Positions 38,139 to 46,931 of a stretch of DNA of 64,000 bases are shown piece after piece (position 1 is the stretch's first letter; every line of letters starts with the position of its first letter). The translations under genes were made by a program, and so were the position numbers. The notes below the pieces were generated by a model. That model did not search any database. It saw only the letters and a list, made by a program, of their open reading frames with translations, and had not been told where the DNA came from. Location: contig CAXXFV010000010.1 of assembly GCA_963674595.2 (NCBI GenBank), forward strand, positions 13,777 to 77,776, in the 5' to 3' direction. Origin of the DNA: a bacterium (GTDB lineage: Bacteria > Zhuqueibacterota > Zhuqueibacteria > Residuimicrobiales > Krinioviventaceae).

Positions 38139-38370
38139 AACCAACCCAATAATTTTGACCGGGAAATAACAGGAATATGACTATCTAACCGACGCAATTC
38201 TTTCCTCGTAACTGTTTTTACTTCCCATATATTAATTTTATGTGGTAATTCAGTTAAAGGCTTTCAGGACTCCCATTTCCGACCATATTGTCCTAAAAAA
38301 TCTTCCTTTTACCTGACAAAATAATGATACAAATTTATAATTTTTCCCGCAAGTTGTTTTTAAAGAATTT
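38139..38370 (-). promoter_or_regulatory. Array leader copy 2: sigma70 promoter, uORF, candidate attI-like GTT site
   Basis: TTGCGG(38352-38347)-17bp-TATCAT(38329-38324); uORF MVGNGSPESL* 38286-38254; GTTATTT 38170-38164; GTTGGTT 38145-38139. Confidence 0.7.
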
Positions 38371-38396
38371 AATTTTTTTTTCTCTTCAAAAATATA

Positions 38397-38422
38397 AAAG
38401 CCCCGCATCACTACGAGGCTTG
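38397..38422 (-). terminator. Intrinsic terminator after the terminase operon
   Basis: AAGCCTCG-tagtgatg-CGGGGCTTTT on the minus strand. Confidence 0.6.
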
Positions 38423-38452
38423 ACAAACGATTAAGTCCCCCCTTCTAAACCC

Positions 38453-38647
38453 TCAATACTTGTAATAAACATCTCTTAAATAACTCACAGAAAACCCGCT
38501 CTTTCTAGAGACCTCCCGGATTGCATCACTTGCCGGACTTTTAGAGCCACTCTTTTCAAATACTTTACTCATTTCGTAAATATGGTTTTTTAATATCGTC
38601 AATCGTTTCTTTGTCGACTTTAACTTTGGATTTATTTGTACTGGCAT
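38453..38647 (-). CDS. Small HTH-like protein (possible late regulator)
   Basis: AIREVSRKSGFSVSYLRDVYY helix-turn-helix pattern. Confidence 0.55.
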   Translation of the reverse strand: MPVQINPKLKSTKKRLTILKNHIYEMSKVFEKSGSKSPASDAIREVSRKSGFSVSYLRDVYYKY

Positions 38648-38668
38648 ATTATTCCTTTCTATTAAAAT

Positions 38669-40348
38669 TTATCTGGCCTTTCCAGCTCTGCTCCACACCA
38701 TCGATCCCCCGATAGTTCCACCAATTTCTTCACTGATTAAAGAATATGCTGCTGCATGAAGTAAGTGGTCTCCACTGATGGGCTTGCTCCAAACCTGACG
38801 ATTTGTGTTTGGGTCAAAATACCTAACTGGTAATGTAAAATGGTCCAATAACTCACCGTCAGATACTTTTCTCCAGTTTCTCGGAAAGATAAATCCATCC
38901 TGTTCACTTTTTAAAATATTCTTTAAAACACGATCAAGCGCTTGTGTCCGGTCAAGAGCGATAATTTTATTATCAATGTCAACTGTCTGATCTTGCAAGC
39001 TCCCCCCTTTTTTATACCAACACAGCCATACTTTACCAGGTCGGGATGCTTGCAGTTCTTTGGCTTTTGTGGTATCATATTCACCATCGATTGTACATAC
39101 TTCGACATTATATTGATCAATTAAAAAATCCAGTGTGTCCCAATCATAAGCTGCGCCACAAGCAACCAGTCGTTTTCTTCCATTATATCGTTCCCAAATG
39201 AAATAGTGATGCCGTCCACCCGGATCAACTCCCATAAAAGTATTGTTTCCTGTCGATGGCATGAGATAATCATCTTTACATTTTTCCATCAAAGCTTCAG
39301 TTATTTTACTTCCCTTTGGAGCAAAAGCACGGCCCAGGTTTGAGTTGTGAAACAATTGTGTCTTTGTGGTATCTCCCAGTGCTTCCTGAAATTCATTCCA
39401 CAATTCCAAAAGATCAGTATCAAAACTGATCAACCTTGAAAATCGGTAACCGACTCTTGGTTTATCCGGATATTTAGCAACCCATTCACCGACCCAGGGT
39501 TCATATATAATCTTTTCACATTTATCACAGATGATTTGAGGCTTTCCCTTTTCTTCTTTAATGACTTTATAAATCAAACCTTCAGAATCAACCTGACGAA
39601 CAACATGTTTAAACCAATCCAGTTCAATGTATTTATTACAATGCTGACACCGGGTCAGGTATCGGGATTGATTTGTAGACCGGTATAAACCATCCACACC
39701 ACAATTTTCAACAGTGGGTCGTGATGAATAGCGGAGCATTTTATATTCAGATGCTTTCAACCTGTCTTTTAACTGGTCCAGGTTGTCCATGTCTGATTCA
39801 TCATATTCATCAACAAAAGCGATATCTACAGGATTTTCTACAAACTCTGTCCTTGAATTCGATCCCACAAACCGCATGGTCCCTTTACCATAATGTTTCT
39901 GTAAAACACTGTCACTTTCACCGCCTTCATCCAAATGACTTTTGTACAGGGGAACATAACTAAGAAGTTTGTCAATCCGGTCATGTACAAAGTTTGATCT
40001 CAGGGTTTGGTTCGGCATGACATACAGACCACGTAATCCACTGGAAACATAGTGGAGCAATTCAACTAAAAGACGCTCCGTAATTCCGACCTGTACCGGC
40101 TTGATAAACACCATAAACTGAGGCATTTCTGTTTTGGGTTTTATTCCTTTGGCGATGTCATTGAAAAAGCCTGGCGGAGCATATAAATCCTGCAGCCAGT
40201 CCCGATTGATAAAAGACATGCGCTTGAAATGCCGGTTTAAATGATGTTCTCTGGCCAACCCGAACACCGGAGCCAGGGTATTAATACTCTCTCTGAATTT
40301 TACTAACTGAGTTAATGTCAATGATGTTAAATACTCAGGAGTGACCAT
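38669..40348 (-). CDS. terL: Terminase large subunit (lambda GpA-like)
   Basis: Walker A-like KPVQVGITE, Walker B AFVDEYD, SSRPT, CQHC/CDKC, nuclease GVDPG...DHLLHA; start MVTPEY. Confidence 0.9.
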   Translation of the reverse strand: MVTPEYLTSLTLTQLVKFRESINTLAPVFGLAREHHLNRHFKRMSFINRDWLQDLYAPPGFFNDIAKGIKPKTEMPQFMVFIKPVQVGITERLLVELLHYVSSGLRGLYVMPNQTLRSNFVHDRIDKLLSYVPLYKSHLDEGGESDSVLQKHYGKGTMRFVGSNSRTEFVENPVDIAFVDEYDESDMDNLDQLKDRLKASEYKMLRYSSRPTVENCGVDGLYRSTNQSRYLTRCQHCNKYIELDWFKHVVRQVDSEGLIYKVIKEEKGKPQIICDKCEKIIYEPWVGEWVAKYPDKPRVGYRFSRLISFDTDLLELWNEFQEALGDTTKTQLFHNSNLGRAFAPKGSKITEALMEKCKDDYLMPSTGNNTFMGVDPGGRHHYFIWERYNGRKRLVACGAAYDWDTLDFLIDQYNVEVCTIDGEYDTTKAKELQASRPGKVWLCWYKKGGSLQDQTVDIDNKIIALDRTQALDRVLKNILKSEQDGFIFPRNWRKVSDGELLDHFTLPVRYFDPNTNRQVWSKPISGDHLLHAAAYSLISEEIGGTIGGSMVWSRAGKAR

Positions 40349-40739
40349 TTTCACCCCTGTTTTTAAAAATAGCCAGCTCCTCAGTAAGAATATCAAGAGC
40401 CTTGTCTTTGGTCATCTCTTTCGTTTCTACAGGACCACCATCAGCACCGGTAATTTCCTGTCTCCGGGAATATCCCCGGTCCTTACCCTTTGTCGACAGG
40501 ATAAACTTAATGGCCCACGGCTGAGCATTCAGAGCAGCATCTTCAAGTTTCAATTCAACTTTGTCAAGGGTTCGTTCTTTTTCTTCCTCGAAGACAGCTT
40601 TTACTGTTGCATACTTTTGTATATAGTTATATATAGTTTTACGTTCACAACCTAAGGCCATAGCTGCATAAGTAGCGTTGCCCCGCGTTTTCCTTAAAGC
40701 TTCAATAACCTGTTTTGTCGTAAAAATATTTTCTGCCAT
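40335..40739 (-). CDS. terS: Terminase small subunit
   Basis: N-terminal HTH; AIKFILSTKGKDRGY..RQEITGADGGPV. Confidence 0.85.
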   Translation of the reverse strand: MAENIFTTKQVIEALRKTRGNATYAAMALGCERKTIYNYIQKYATVKAVFEEEKERTLDKVELKLEDAALNAQPWAIKFILSTKGKDRGYSRRQEITGADGGPVETKEMTKDKALDILTEELAIFKNRGENGHS

Positions 40740-40791
40740 AAAAAAAAGCCTACCAGTGTGTAAAATGTGTAAAATGTTTAAAGCACAACTT

Positions 40792-41478
40792 TTAATAACT
40801 ATTCTTTGAGGTTACATATTGAAAGCCATCTCCCCCGCTTCCGATCATTGTCAAATCCGGTCTAAACAGCGGAGGCCTCTCGATCGACGGTTCCCAGGTT
40901 GACAACTCTTGCTCCTGCGGAATCATTACAATCTTTCCGTTTTGAATATCAGATAAAACTTTTCTAAATAACCTGACACCCATAGGTTGTAATTCACGCC
41001 GCCATAGTGAAGAAGCCGTATCATCTGACCTTATAAAACAAAAGTCATGTGCCGCAATTGGTCCGGCATCGACATTATCTGTTAACCAATACACTGTGCC
41101 ACCCGTTACTTTTTCATTCATCCTGATGGACCAATATATAGCATCACGACCTCTATGAAGCGGCAGCAATGAAGGGTGGAAACCGATCGCTCCAAATTTT
41201 GTTTTCAACCTGGTCTTTTTACTTATGAAATCATGAGAATGGGCAGCAATAATCAAATCCACATTTTCCGGTAATGATTCAGCATTTAACTTTCCAGCTT
41301 CAACAAGAATGACTTTATCCCTGAGTGCAGTATGATAGAGCCTGTCATATTTTCCCGTGTAATTCGACGGGGCACTGACACCGACAATATTATATCCCTG
41401 TTCTTTGACCATGTCATAGACCAGTTTTCCAAAATACTTTTGACCTGTAATAAATATATTAATATCCTGTGGATTCAA
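40792..41478 (-). CDS. Methionyl-tRNA formyltransferase-like formyltransferase (phage)
   Basis: IGFHPSLLPLHRGRDAIYW...GGTVYWLTDNVDAGPI. Confidence 0.9.
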   Translation of the reverse strand: MNPQDINIFITGQKYFGKLVYDMVKEQGYNIVGVSAPSNYTGKYDRLYHTALRDKVILVEAGKLNAESLPENVDLIIAAHSHDFISKKTRLKTKFGAIGFHPSLLPLHRGRDAIYWSIRMNEKVTGGTVYWLTDNVDAGPIAAHDFCFIRSDDTASSLWRRELQPMGVRLFRKVLSDIQNGKIVMIPQEQELSTWEPSIERPPLFRPDLTMIGSGGDGFQYVTSKNSY

Positions 41479-42623
41479 TTTTCACCTCGGGTTGATGTTT
41501 TTGTTTGATTGCCAATGTATTTAAAACTTTGAACCGCACGAAAATGCCCACCATATCCGGCACCACGTATGTTCCCTTTCCCGGTTCGTAAAATACTTTT
41601 GATTGAAGAAAGTTTGTTATCACCATATAAGGATGCTTTTTTATGAATCCATAACGGAGATCTTCTTAAATAACCACACAGTTGCGGGTGACTGGTATGA
41701 AAAAAAGTTGAATACTTTTTGAAACATCTGCCAAAGCCTTCCAGGTGATATTGTGCAATCCAATTTAAAAAGGTTGTTCCGACACCAGCCCCTTGCCATT
41801 CCGGCATAACGACCAACCGGGTTGCCCGATAAGCATGAGCAGTAAAAAGCGGACTGACCATGACATGTGAAACAAGCTCACCATCGACAGTGCCCACAAA
41901 AGCTTCTGCAGCCGGGGGAATCGGTAAATCTAAATAATAATGCGGTTTAAAATATTTCCAGTAACTATAGTCTGTCTTCCTGATTTCGAGTTCAAATTTG
42001 GGACGTCGCCGAAGACGCCCCCGTTCAAAATTTTTACTTTTCGTATCAAATACCCAATCAGGCTCGAGCCAATCCAAAACATCATAATGCGGTGTTAATA
42101 AGACACATTTGCCATTCGGATTTGAGCGACGCCAGGACTTTTGAAAAGCTTGAGCACCTATTTTAGCGATTTGTCTGTCAACCACACTGGTGAACTCATC
42201 AATAACGACTTGTTCAGGTTTTTCACAAATAATTCGGGCCAAACCAGCCCGGAATTTTTCACCATTACTCAAAACATGAAAAGGTCTTAACCATGAAGGC
42301 ACATCTCCAAGTCCAACTGCCGCCAAAGCACCCGTGACATTATCAAATGAACCATCAGGGATGATACAATCGATAATCGGTTTATCTGCCGGCCAACCTT
42401 CTTCATAATTATGTATCAAATTTTCTTTAAAAATCAATTTACCGATGGAGGTTTTGCCGCTTCCGGACGGACCGACTACAACTCCTATATTCCAACTGTC
42501 TTCAATATCAATATCAGCAATCAAATCAAAGTTACAACCACTCTCAGCATTAAATAGACTCTTAACACGAGCAGCCCTGTAACTGGTAAAATCAGAACAT
42601 TTATTATGTACTTTTATTTTCAT
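41475..42623 (-). CDS. ABC-type ATPase fused to GNAT (Mom-like) acyltransferase
   Basis: GPSGSGKT, LSNGEKFR, VVIDEFTS; C-terminal RLVVMPEWQGAGVG acetyl-CoA motif. Confidence 0.88.
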   Translation of the reverse strand: MKIKVHNKCSDFTSYRAARVKSLFNAESGCNFDLIADIDIEDSWNIGVVVGPSGSGKTSIGKLIFKENLIHNYEEGWPADKPIIDCIIPDGSFDNVTGALAAVGLGDVPSWLRPFHVLSNGEKFRAGLARIICEKPEQVVIDEFTSVVDRQIAKIGAQAFQKSWRRSNPNGKCVLLTPHYDVLDWLEPDWVFDTKSKNFERGRLRRRPKFELEIRKTDYSYWKYFKPHYYLDLPIPPAAEAFVGTVDGELVSHVMVSPLFTAHAYRATRLVVMPEWQGAGVGTTFLNWIAQYHLEGFGRCFKKYSTFFHTSHPQLCGYLRRSPLWIHKKASLYGDNKLSSIKSILRTGKGNIRGAGYGGHFRAVQSFKYIGNQTKTSTRGEN

Positions 42624-43183
42624 ACAGTCACCACCTTACAGGTATATCCTTGTTCCATTAATTCATCATAGACTTGCTTTTGTTGCTCTTCACTGTCACA
42701 CATCACAATGACGCCAAACTGCTGTTTGTAGTGAATGCCTTCCTCACTGTTTGAATCCGGGGCATCATCTGAAATTTCTTCCTGATTATTAGACAGTTCT
42801 TTTAAAAGTTTATTGATATCTTCATCCTCAGACTGAACTTTATCCAACAAATCAGTTAAAAGTTTTTCATCTGTTTCCGCTAAAGCAGATATCGGGTCAA
42901 AAACTGAAAGAGCAAGCATTTCCTCCTCTTGAGTAAGGTCTACATATTTTACTGGAACCTGTGTCTCTTTGTTTTTCATAGCAAGTGTGACTCGCAAATG
43001 ACCATCTATTAAATGTCCTGTTTGTTTATTTATAATAACGTCCTGAATCCAACCTATCTCTTTTAATAAACCCTGTAAAACATCCTGTTGAAACTTGGGA
43101 TGAATACGATAATTAAAAGGATTTGATAAAATGTTAATCGGGTTTTCCTCTCCGCTTCCGATTATTCTGTTCTGCCACTTCAT
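42620..43183 (-). CDS. ParB-N-like domain protein
   Basis: NPFNYRIH...IGWIQDVIINKQTGHLIDGHLR. Confidence 0.85.
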   Translation of the reverse strand: MKWQNRIIGSGEENPINILSNPFNYRIHPKFQQDVLQGLLKEIGWIQDVIINKQTGHLIDGHLRVTLAMKNKETQVPVKYVDLTQEEEMLALSVFDPISALAETDEKLLTDLLDKVQSEDEDINKLLKELSNNQEEISDDAPDSNSEEGIHYKQQFGVIVMCDSEEQQKQVYDELMEQGYTCKVVTV

Positions 43184-43296
43184 AGCACCTCCAGGCTTTC
43201 AGAGATTTAGTAATATTGTTAGTTATCGTCTATCTCTGCGCCCTCCCGATCCATTGGTTTATTTTCTCCGTCAGTAATGCATGTCCGTTTTCCTCA

Positions 43297-43866
43297 TTAA
43301 AGATTAATGGTTAATTGCTCAGAATACGATTTTATCAAATCATACCAGGGCTGTTTTTGAGACAACAAAGGCCATTTATGAATTGTGGCCGCCAACTGAT
43401 GCAACGCTTCAAATGTCAAATTCCCGACAAAACGATTGGCAAATTGAAAAACATACCGTCCGATCAAGGCACTGTTGATCTCCGGGATATTTCTCAAATT
43501 CAACCGGAGAGTTTGTAAAACGACCTGACGTTTCATATAGTCCTGATGCCTGACCCGGTTCCATTGTGACGGGCTGATAAGGATATGAGAATCAAATATC
43601 TCTTTACAGATCGTCAGTTGTGTTTGAACGGCATGGGCATTCACCGCCCATGTCATTCTCCCGTTTGTTTGCCGGTCATGGTCCTCAATGACAGCAAAAG
43701 CAATATTGTGATGTTGTTTTGTTTTCTGTAACCTTTCACTAAAATCAAGATGTCTAAAATATTTTATCGTCCCGGTATTTATATGTTTGCCATACTGGTC
43801 CCAGACGGTTAACCCGGTAAAACTACCAGGGGAAATACTCACAAAAGTCACATTCTTCATAATCAC
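43297..43866 (-). CDS. RuvC/RNase H-fold protein, probably inactive paralogue
   Basis: SISPG (D>S), VIED, EINSALIG (D>N). Confidence 0.6.
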   Translation of the reverse strand: MIMKNVTFVSISPGSFTGLTVWDQYGKHINTGTIKYFRHLDFSERLQKTKQHHNIAFAVIEDHDRQTNGRMTWAVNAHAVQTQLTICKEIFDSHILISPSQWNRVRHQDYMKRQVVLQTLRLNLRNIPEINSALIGRYVFQFANRFVGNLTFEALHQLAATIHKWPLLSQKQPWYDLIKSYSEQLTINL

Positions 43867-43869
43867 ACC

Positions 43870-44496
43870 TTAATTGTTTTGGTTGGCAAGCCATGGTTTT
43901 AATTGATTGACGGTCGGATATTGCAGTTGTTTGGAAGCCATCCACTTCATAGCTGTAAACCCGCCACCATTTGTGTCGAAATCTATAATTCCAAAAATCA
44001 GTTTACCCATCAGCGCCGAATCGGTTTGATGAGGATTTGGCAGTTGTTCACCAAACATACTCCTGGCCCATTGTCGTTTAAAAGTATCATTTTTCCCTTG
44101 CCGGTTCCATTGGATGTGAAGGATTAAGATGTGGTCCGAAAACACTTCTTTACATATCTGGATTTGGACAGAGACTTTATAAGCGTTTTTTCTTTTCATA
44201 CCGATAAATGGCTTATAGTCTTCAAGAAGAATAAATTCAATTTTATATTCTTTTTTAATCTGTTCCAGTAAAAGCTTGTATTGCTGAGTATCCTTAAAAG
44301 GTAAATTTTTTGAACAAACCTTTGATCCGATACCGTCAAAAATACTGATACCGCCGGGATTGCCCGGATCAATAGCTCCCCAAAATCTGTTTAAATTCGA
44401 CATCGCCTTTTGTTTTTGAGGCTCCAACAAAGCTGCTATAGAACTATTCTGCAATCGAATCATGTCATACTCCTGTTTTCTTTCCCAAATCATCAC
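43870..44496 (-). CDS. RuvC-like resolvase
   Basis: AIDPG, ILLED, HQTDSALMG. Confidence 0.7.
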   Translation of the reverse strand: MMIWERKQEYDMIRLQNSSIAALLEPQKQKAMSNLNRFWGAIDPGNPGGISIFDGIGSKVCSKNLPFKDTQQYKLLLEQIKKEYKIEFILLEDYKPFIGMKRKNAYKVSVQIQICKEVFSDHILILHIQWNRQGKNDTFKRQWARSMFGEQLPNPHQTDSALMGKLIFGIIDFDTNGGGFTAMKWMASKQLQYPTVNQLKPWLANQNN

Positions 44497-45170
44497 CTTT
44501 GAGATTCGCCTTGAATCTCTACATATTTAAACAACTTTTTATCCGACCAGCGGTCAACTACACGGGTGTATATTTCTATCTCTCTCAGTTGTTTACTGTC
44601 AAGATTTGTAGTGATGATAGTCGGTAATAAATTCGCGTACCGGTACTCCACAAAATCCTCAAACGAGGATACCGGAAATTCATGTTGATATTCTCTGCCA
44701 AAATCATCAAGCAATAACAGCCTGCATTTTTTAAATTCATCAACCACCCTGTTTTTTTCAAAAAATAGACTGAAAATATGGTTGATAGATGCAAACTTGA
44801 CAGTACAAAACGGCTTGTATTTAACGGGATACCAGCCATCATTAAACTCGGATTTTGTAATTTCACCCAAACCAAAAACAGATTTGGCGATATAACACAG
44901 GGCCGTTGTTTTACCGACTCCGACACTTCCACTAAAAACGATCCCTTGACCGGTACGAATATTTTCTGCTAAATTTTTAACATAATTGAAAACAACAGAA
45001 CTACCGGCAAGCCTTTTTTTGTCAGTGTCCCAATACATTCGACCGATACCAATTTCCAGCAAAAACGCTCGCAATTTTTCAGAGCGAAATGACTCGAACC
45101 GTTTGTTCTCCAAATCCTCGCGTTGCTGTCGGTCGAGTTGTTTGTTTCTTATAATTTCCGGTATTGCCAT
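44493..45170 (-). CDS. DnaC/IstB-like helicase loader ATPase
   Basis: GSVGVGKT, LLLLDDFG, PTIITTNL. Confidence 0.88.
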   Translation of the reverse strand: MAIPEIIRNKQLDRQQREDLENKRFESFRSEKLRAFLLEIGIGRMYWDTDKKRLAGSSVVFNYVKNLAENIRTGQGIVFSGSVGVGKTTALCYIAKSVFGLGEITKSEFNDGWYPVKYKPFCTVKFASINHIFSLFFEKNRVVDEFKKCRLLLLDDFGREYQHEFPVSSFEDFVEYRYANLLPTIITTNLDSKQLREIEIYTRVVDRWSDKKLFKYVEIQGESQR

Positions 45171-45987
45171 TTTTTAATTTCCTCATGTATTTAGCAATGT
45201 TTGTTTTTGCAAAACCGATTGGTTTTGAAGGATTTATCAACATGAATAATCCTCCATTATTGACAAACCAGTCTTCTGCCTTGATGTTATCCACAGCAGT
45301 TTTCAATGCCTGAAAACCTGTCACGCCCCCTATCATATCCCCTGTACAAATAAGCTTTAACATTTTGTAAAGCAAATAGTATGGGTCATCTTCTGTAAAC
45401 TGATTTTTTTCAAGCATTGCTTTGTATTCAGGGTGAACATTTAAAAAAGATTCGATAATTTGGAAATCCTGAAGAGGAATCGTATTATAATTTCCTTTAC
45501 TTTCCTTTTCTTTTCTTTCCTTTCCTTTCCTTTGTGAATTAATGTTTACATTTTCGCGATTAATGTTGACATCAATTCTATTTATGTTGACATTTTGATC
45601 ACCTAGTAAATAGTAATCTTCTTTCATATCAACATCCTTTCGTCTCTTTGTCGCTTCGATATATCTTTTTTGGATCCCCCGACTTGTAAGAATCTGGAAC
45701 CTATCAAAAATAGTTTTATCAAAAAAACCACGTCGGATCAATTCACTAACCACGCTACTCACTAACGCATCTGTGACTCCATCACCCACACGTTTCGCAA
45801 ATAACAAGCTTTCATCTTTTCCCCATTTAATATAGTATCCATTTCTATATATACGACAAAGCAACTTTACAGCTATAATTTCACCCTTAATACCAAACTT
45901 TGCACTTATAAACTCTATCTTTTCATCGTCGAAAAAATCAACATCAAATGAAAAATAATCTAATCCAGACTTTAGAACGTTCGCCAT
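45079..45987 (-). CDS. Phage replication initiator (DUF4373 / Lin1244-like)
   Basis: GLDYFSFDVDFFDDEKI...LLCRIY..GYY...ILTSRGIQKRY; basic linker. Confidence 0.85.
   Translation of the reverse strand: MANVLKSGLDYFSFDVDFFDDEKIEFISAKFGIKGEIIAVKLLCRIYRNGYYIKWGKDESLLFAKRVGDGVTDALVSSVVSELIRRGFFDKTIFDRFQILTSRGIQKRYIEATKRRKDVDMKEDYYLLGDQNVNINRIDVNINRENVNINSQRKGKERKEKESKGNYNTIPLQDFQIIESFLNVHPEYKAMLEKNQFTEDDPYYLLYKMLKLICTGDMIGGVTGFQALKTAVDNIKAEDWFVNNGGLFMLINPSKPIGFAKTNIAKYMRKLKNGNTGNYKKQTTRPTATRGFGEQTVRVISL
45539..45595. repeat. Probable origin iterons (21-bp period) inside the initiator gene
   Basis: TTAATGTTTACAT / TTAATGTTGACAT / TTTATGTTGACAT. Confidence 0.6.
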
Positions 45988-46031
45988 TCAGATATTCCTT
46001 TTCCATTTGTTTGTGTCTGTCAGACGGATCA

Positions 46032-46520
46032 TTAATTATTGTCCTCGTCCGCTTCGATCTGCTCGACCGGTTCCTCCGGCACGTCCAATTCATCCTGGTC
46101 GGTAAAATCATTAACGCCAATATCTATAGTTTCATTGTCGTTTTCCTGATCATCATCAACTATGTAAAAATCCGGATCGTCGTTTTCTTCATTTACTTCA
46201 CTGAATTCAGCATCCTCAATTTCGCCGTTGTTTTCGGAAAGCATCAAAGGTTCCTGAGGTTCCGGCTCCGGCTCGGCTTCGGGCTGTTCAGAATCAAAAT
46301 CAAACTCTGTTTGTTCTTTGTCTTTGTATTGTTTAAATAAATCCAACTGAGGGTCTTGAATAAGAACTTCGACAGTAACATTTTGCATTTCCGATAGCTG
46401 TGAAAACTTTTCAAAGTCTCTTACGGTCCATTTGATAACCAACTTTCCTTCTATACCTTCACCTTTTCTGGCACTAATGACCTGCTCGATGGTCCCTTTT
46501 AATTTTACTTCGCCTTGCAT
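46032..46520 (-). CDS. Hypothetical protein with very acidic C-terminal half
   Basis: D/E-rich ~95-aa tail. Confidence 0.7.
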   Translation of the reverse strand: MQGEVKLKGTIEQVISARKGEGIEGKLVIKWTVRDFEKFSQLSEMQNVTVEVLIQDPQLDLFKQYKDKEQTEFDFDSEQPEAEPEPEPQEPLMLSENNGEIEDAEFSEVNEENDDPDFYIVDDDQENDNETIDIGVNDFTDQDELDVPEEPVEQIEADEDNN

Positions 46521-46554
46521 TTTTTCCTCACTTTCGTATTATTACATTTTTTCT

Positions 46555-46872
46555 TCAAACTATTCTTTTACGAGCGAACGGCCCGCCGCGTCTTGGTAAC
46601 GGTTTCCAACCGGCAGCACGATCACTTTTAATCATCCTCACAACATCATCAATGTGTTTCTTTTTCAAAGCAAGAAAAGCTGTAACGGAATCCCTGCCGA
46701 TGAACCACCAGCCTTCACCTTTCTCCGGAGGATTATACTCCCAGGTTTTCAGCTTTTTAACTTCCCGGTGTAATCCGTTAGTATCACCTTGCCAGTCACC
46801 AACCTGACCGCGTTTTGCTTTTTCCAATTTCCAGAAAATACCGCCGCATGGAGCTTTTTCTATAATCATCAC
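46555..46872 (-). CDS. Hypothetical phage protein
   Basis: 105 aa, RBS AAGGA. Confidence 0.55.
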   Translation of the reverse strand: MMIIEKAPCGGIFWKLEKAKRGQVGDWQGDTNGLHREVKKLKTWEYNPPEKGEGWWFIGRDSVTAFLALKKKHIDDVVRMIKSDRAAGWKPLPRRGGPFARKRIV

Positions 46873-46931
46873 GATTCCTTCATTTTAATCCGGGCCGCCG
46901 TAGTTAAACAACGACCCGGGCGGGTGAAAAC

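Noticed and set aside
37995-38230. Leader as a decayed protein gene (YEERIASVR*SYSCYFPVKIIGL vs HEEEIELLTKSHSCYFTVKIFGL)
   Set aside because: Both copies are disrupted (a stop in one, out of frame with the ATG in the other) and similarity ends at GTTGG; treated as non-coding but not fully excluded.
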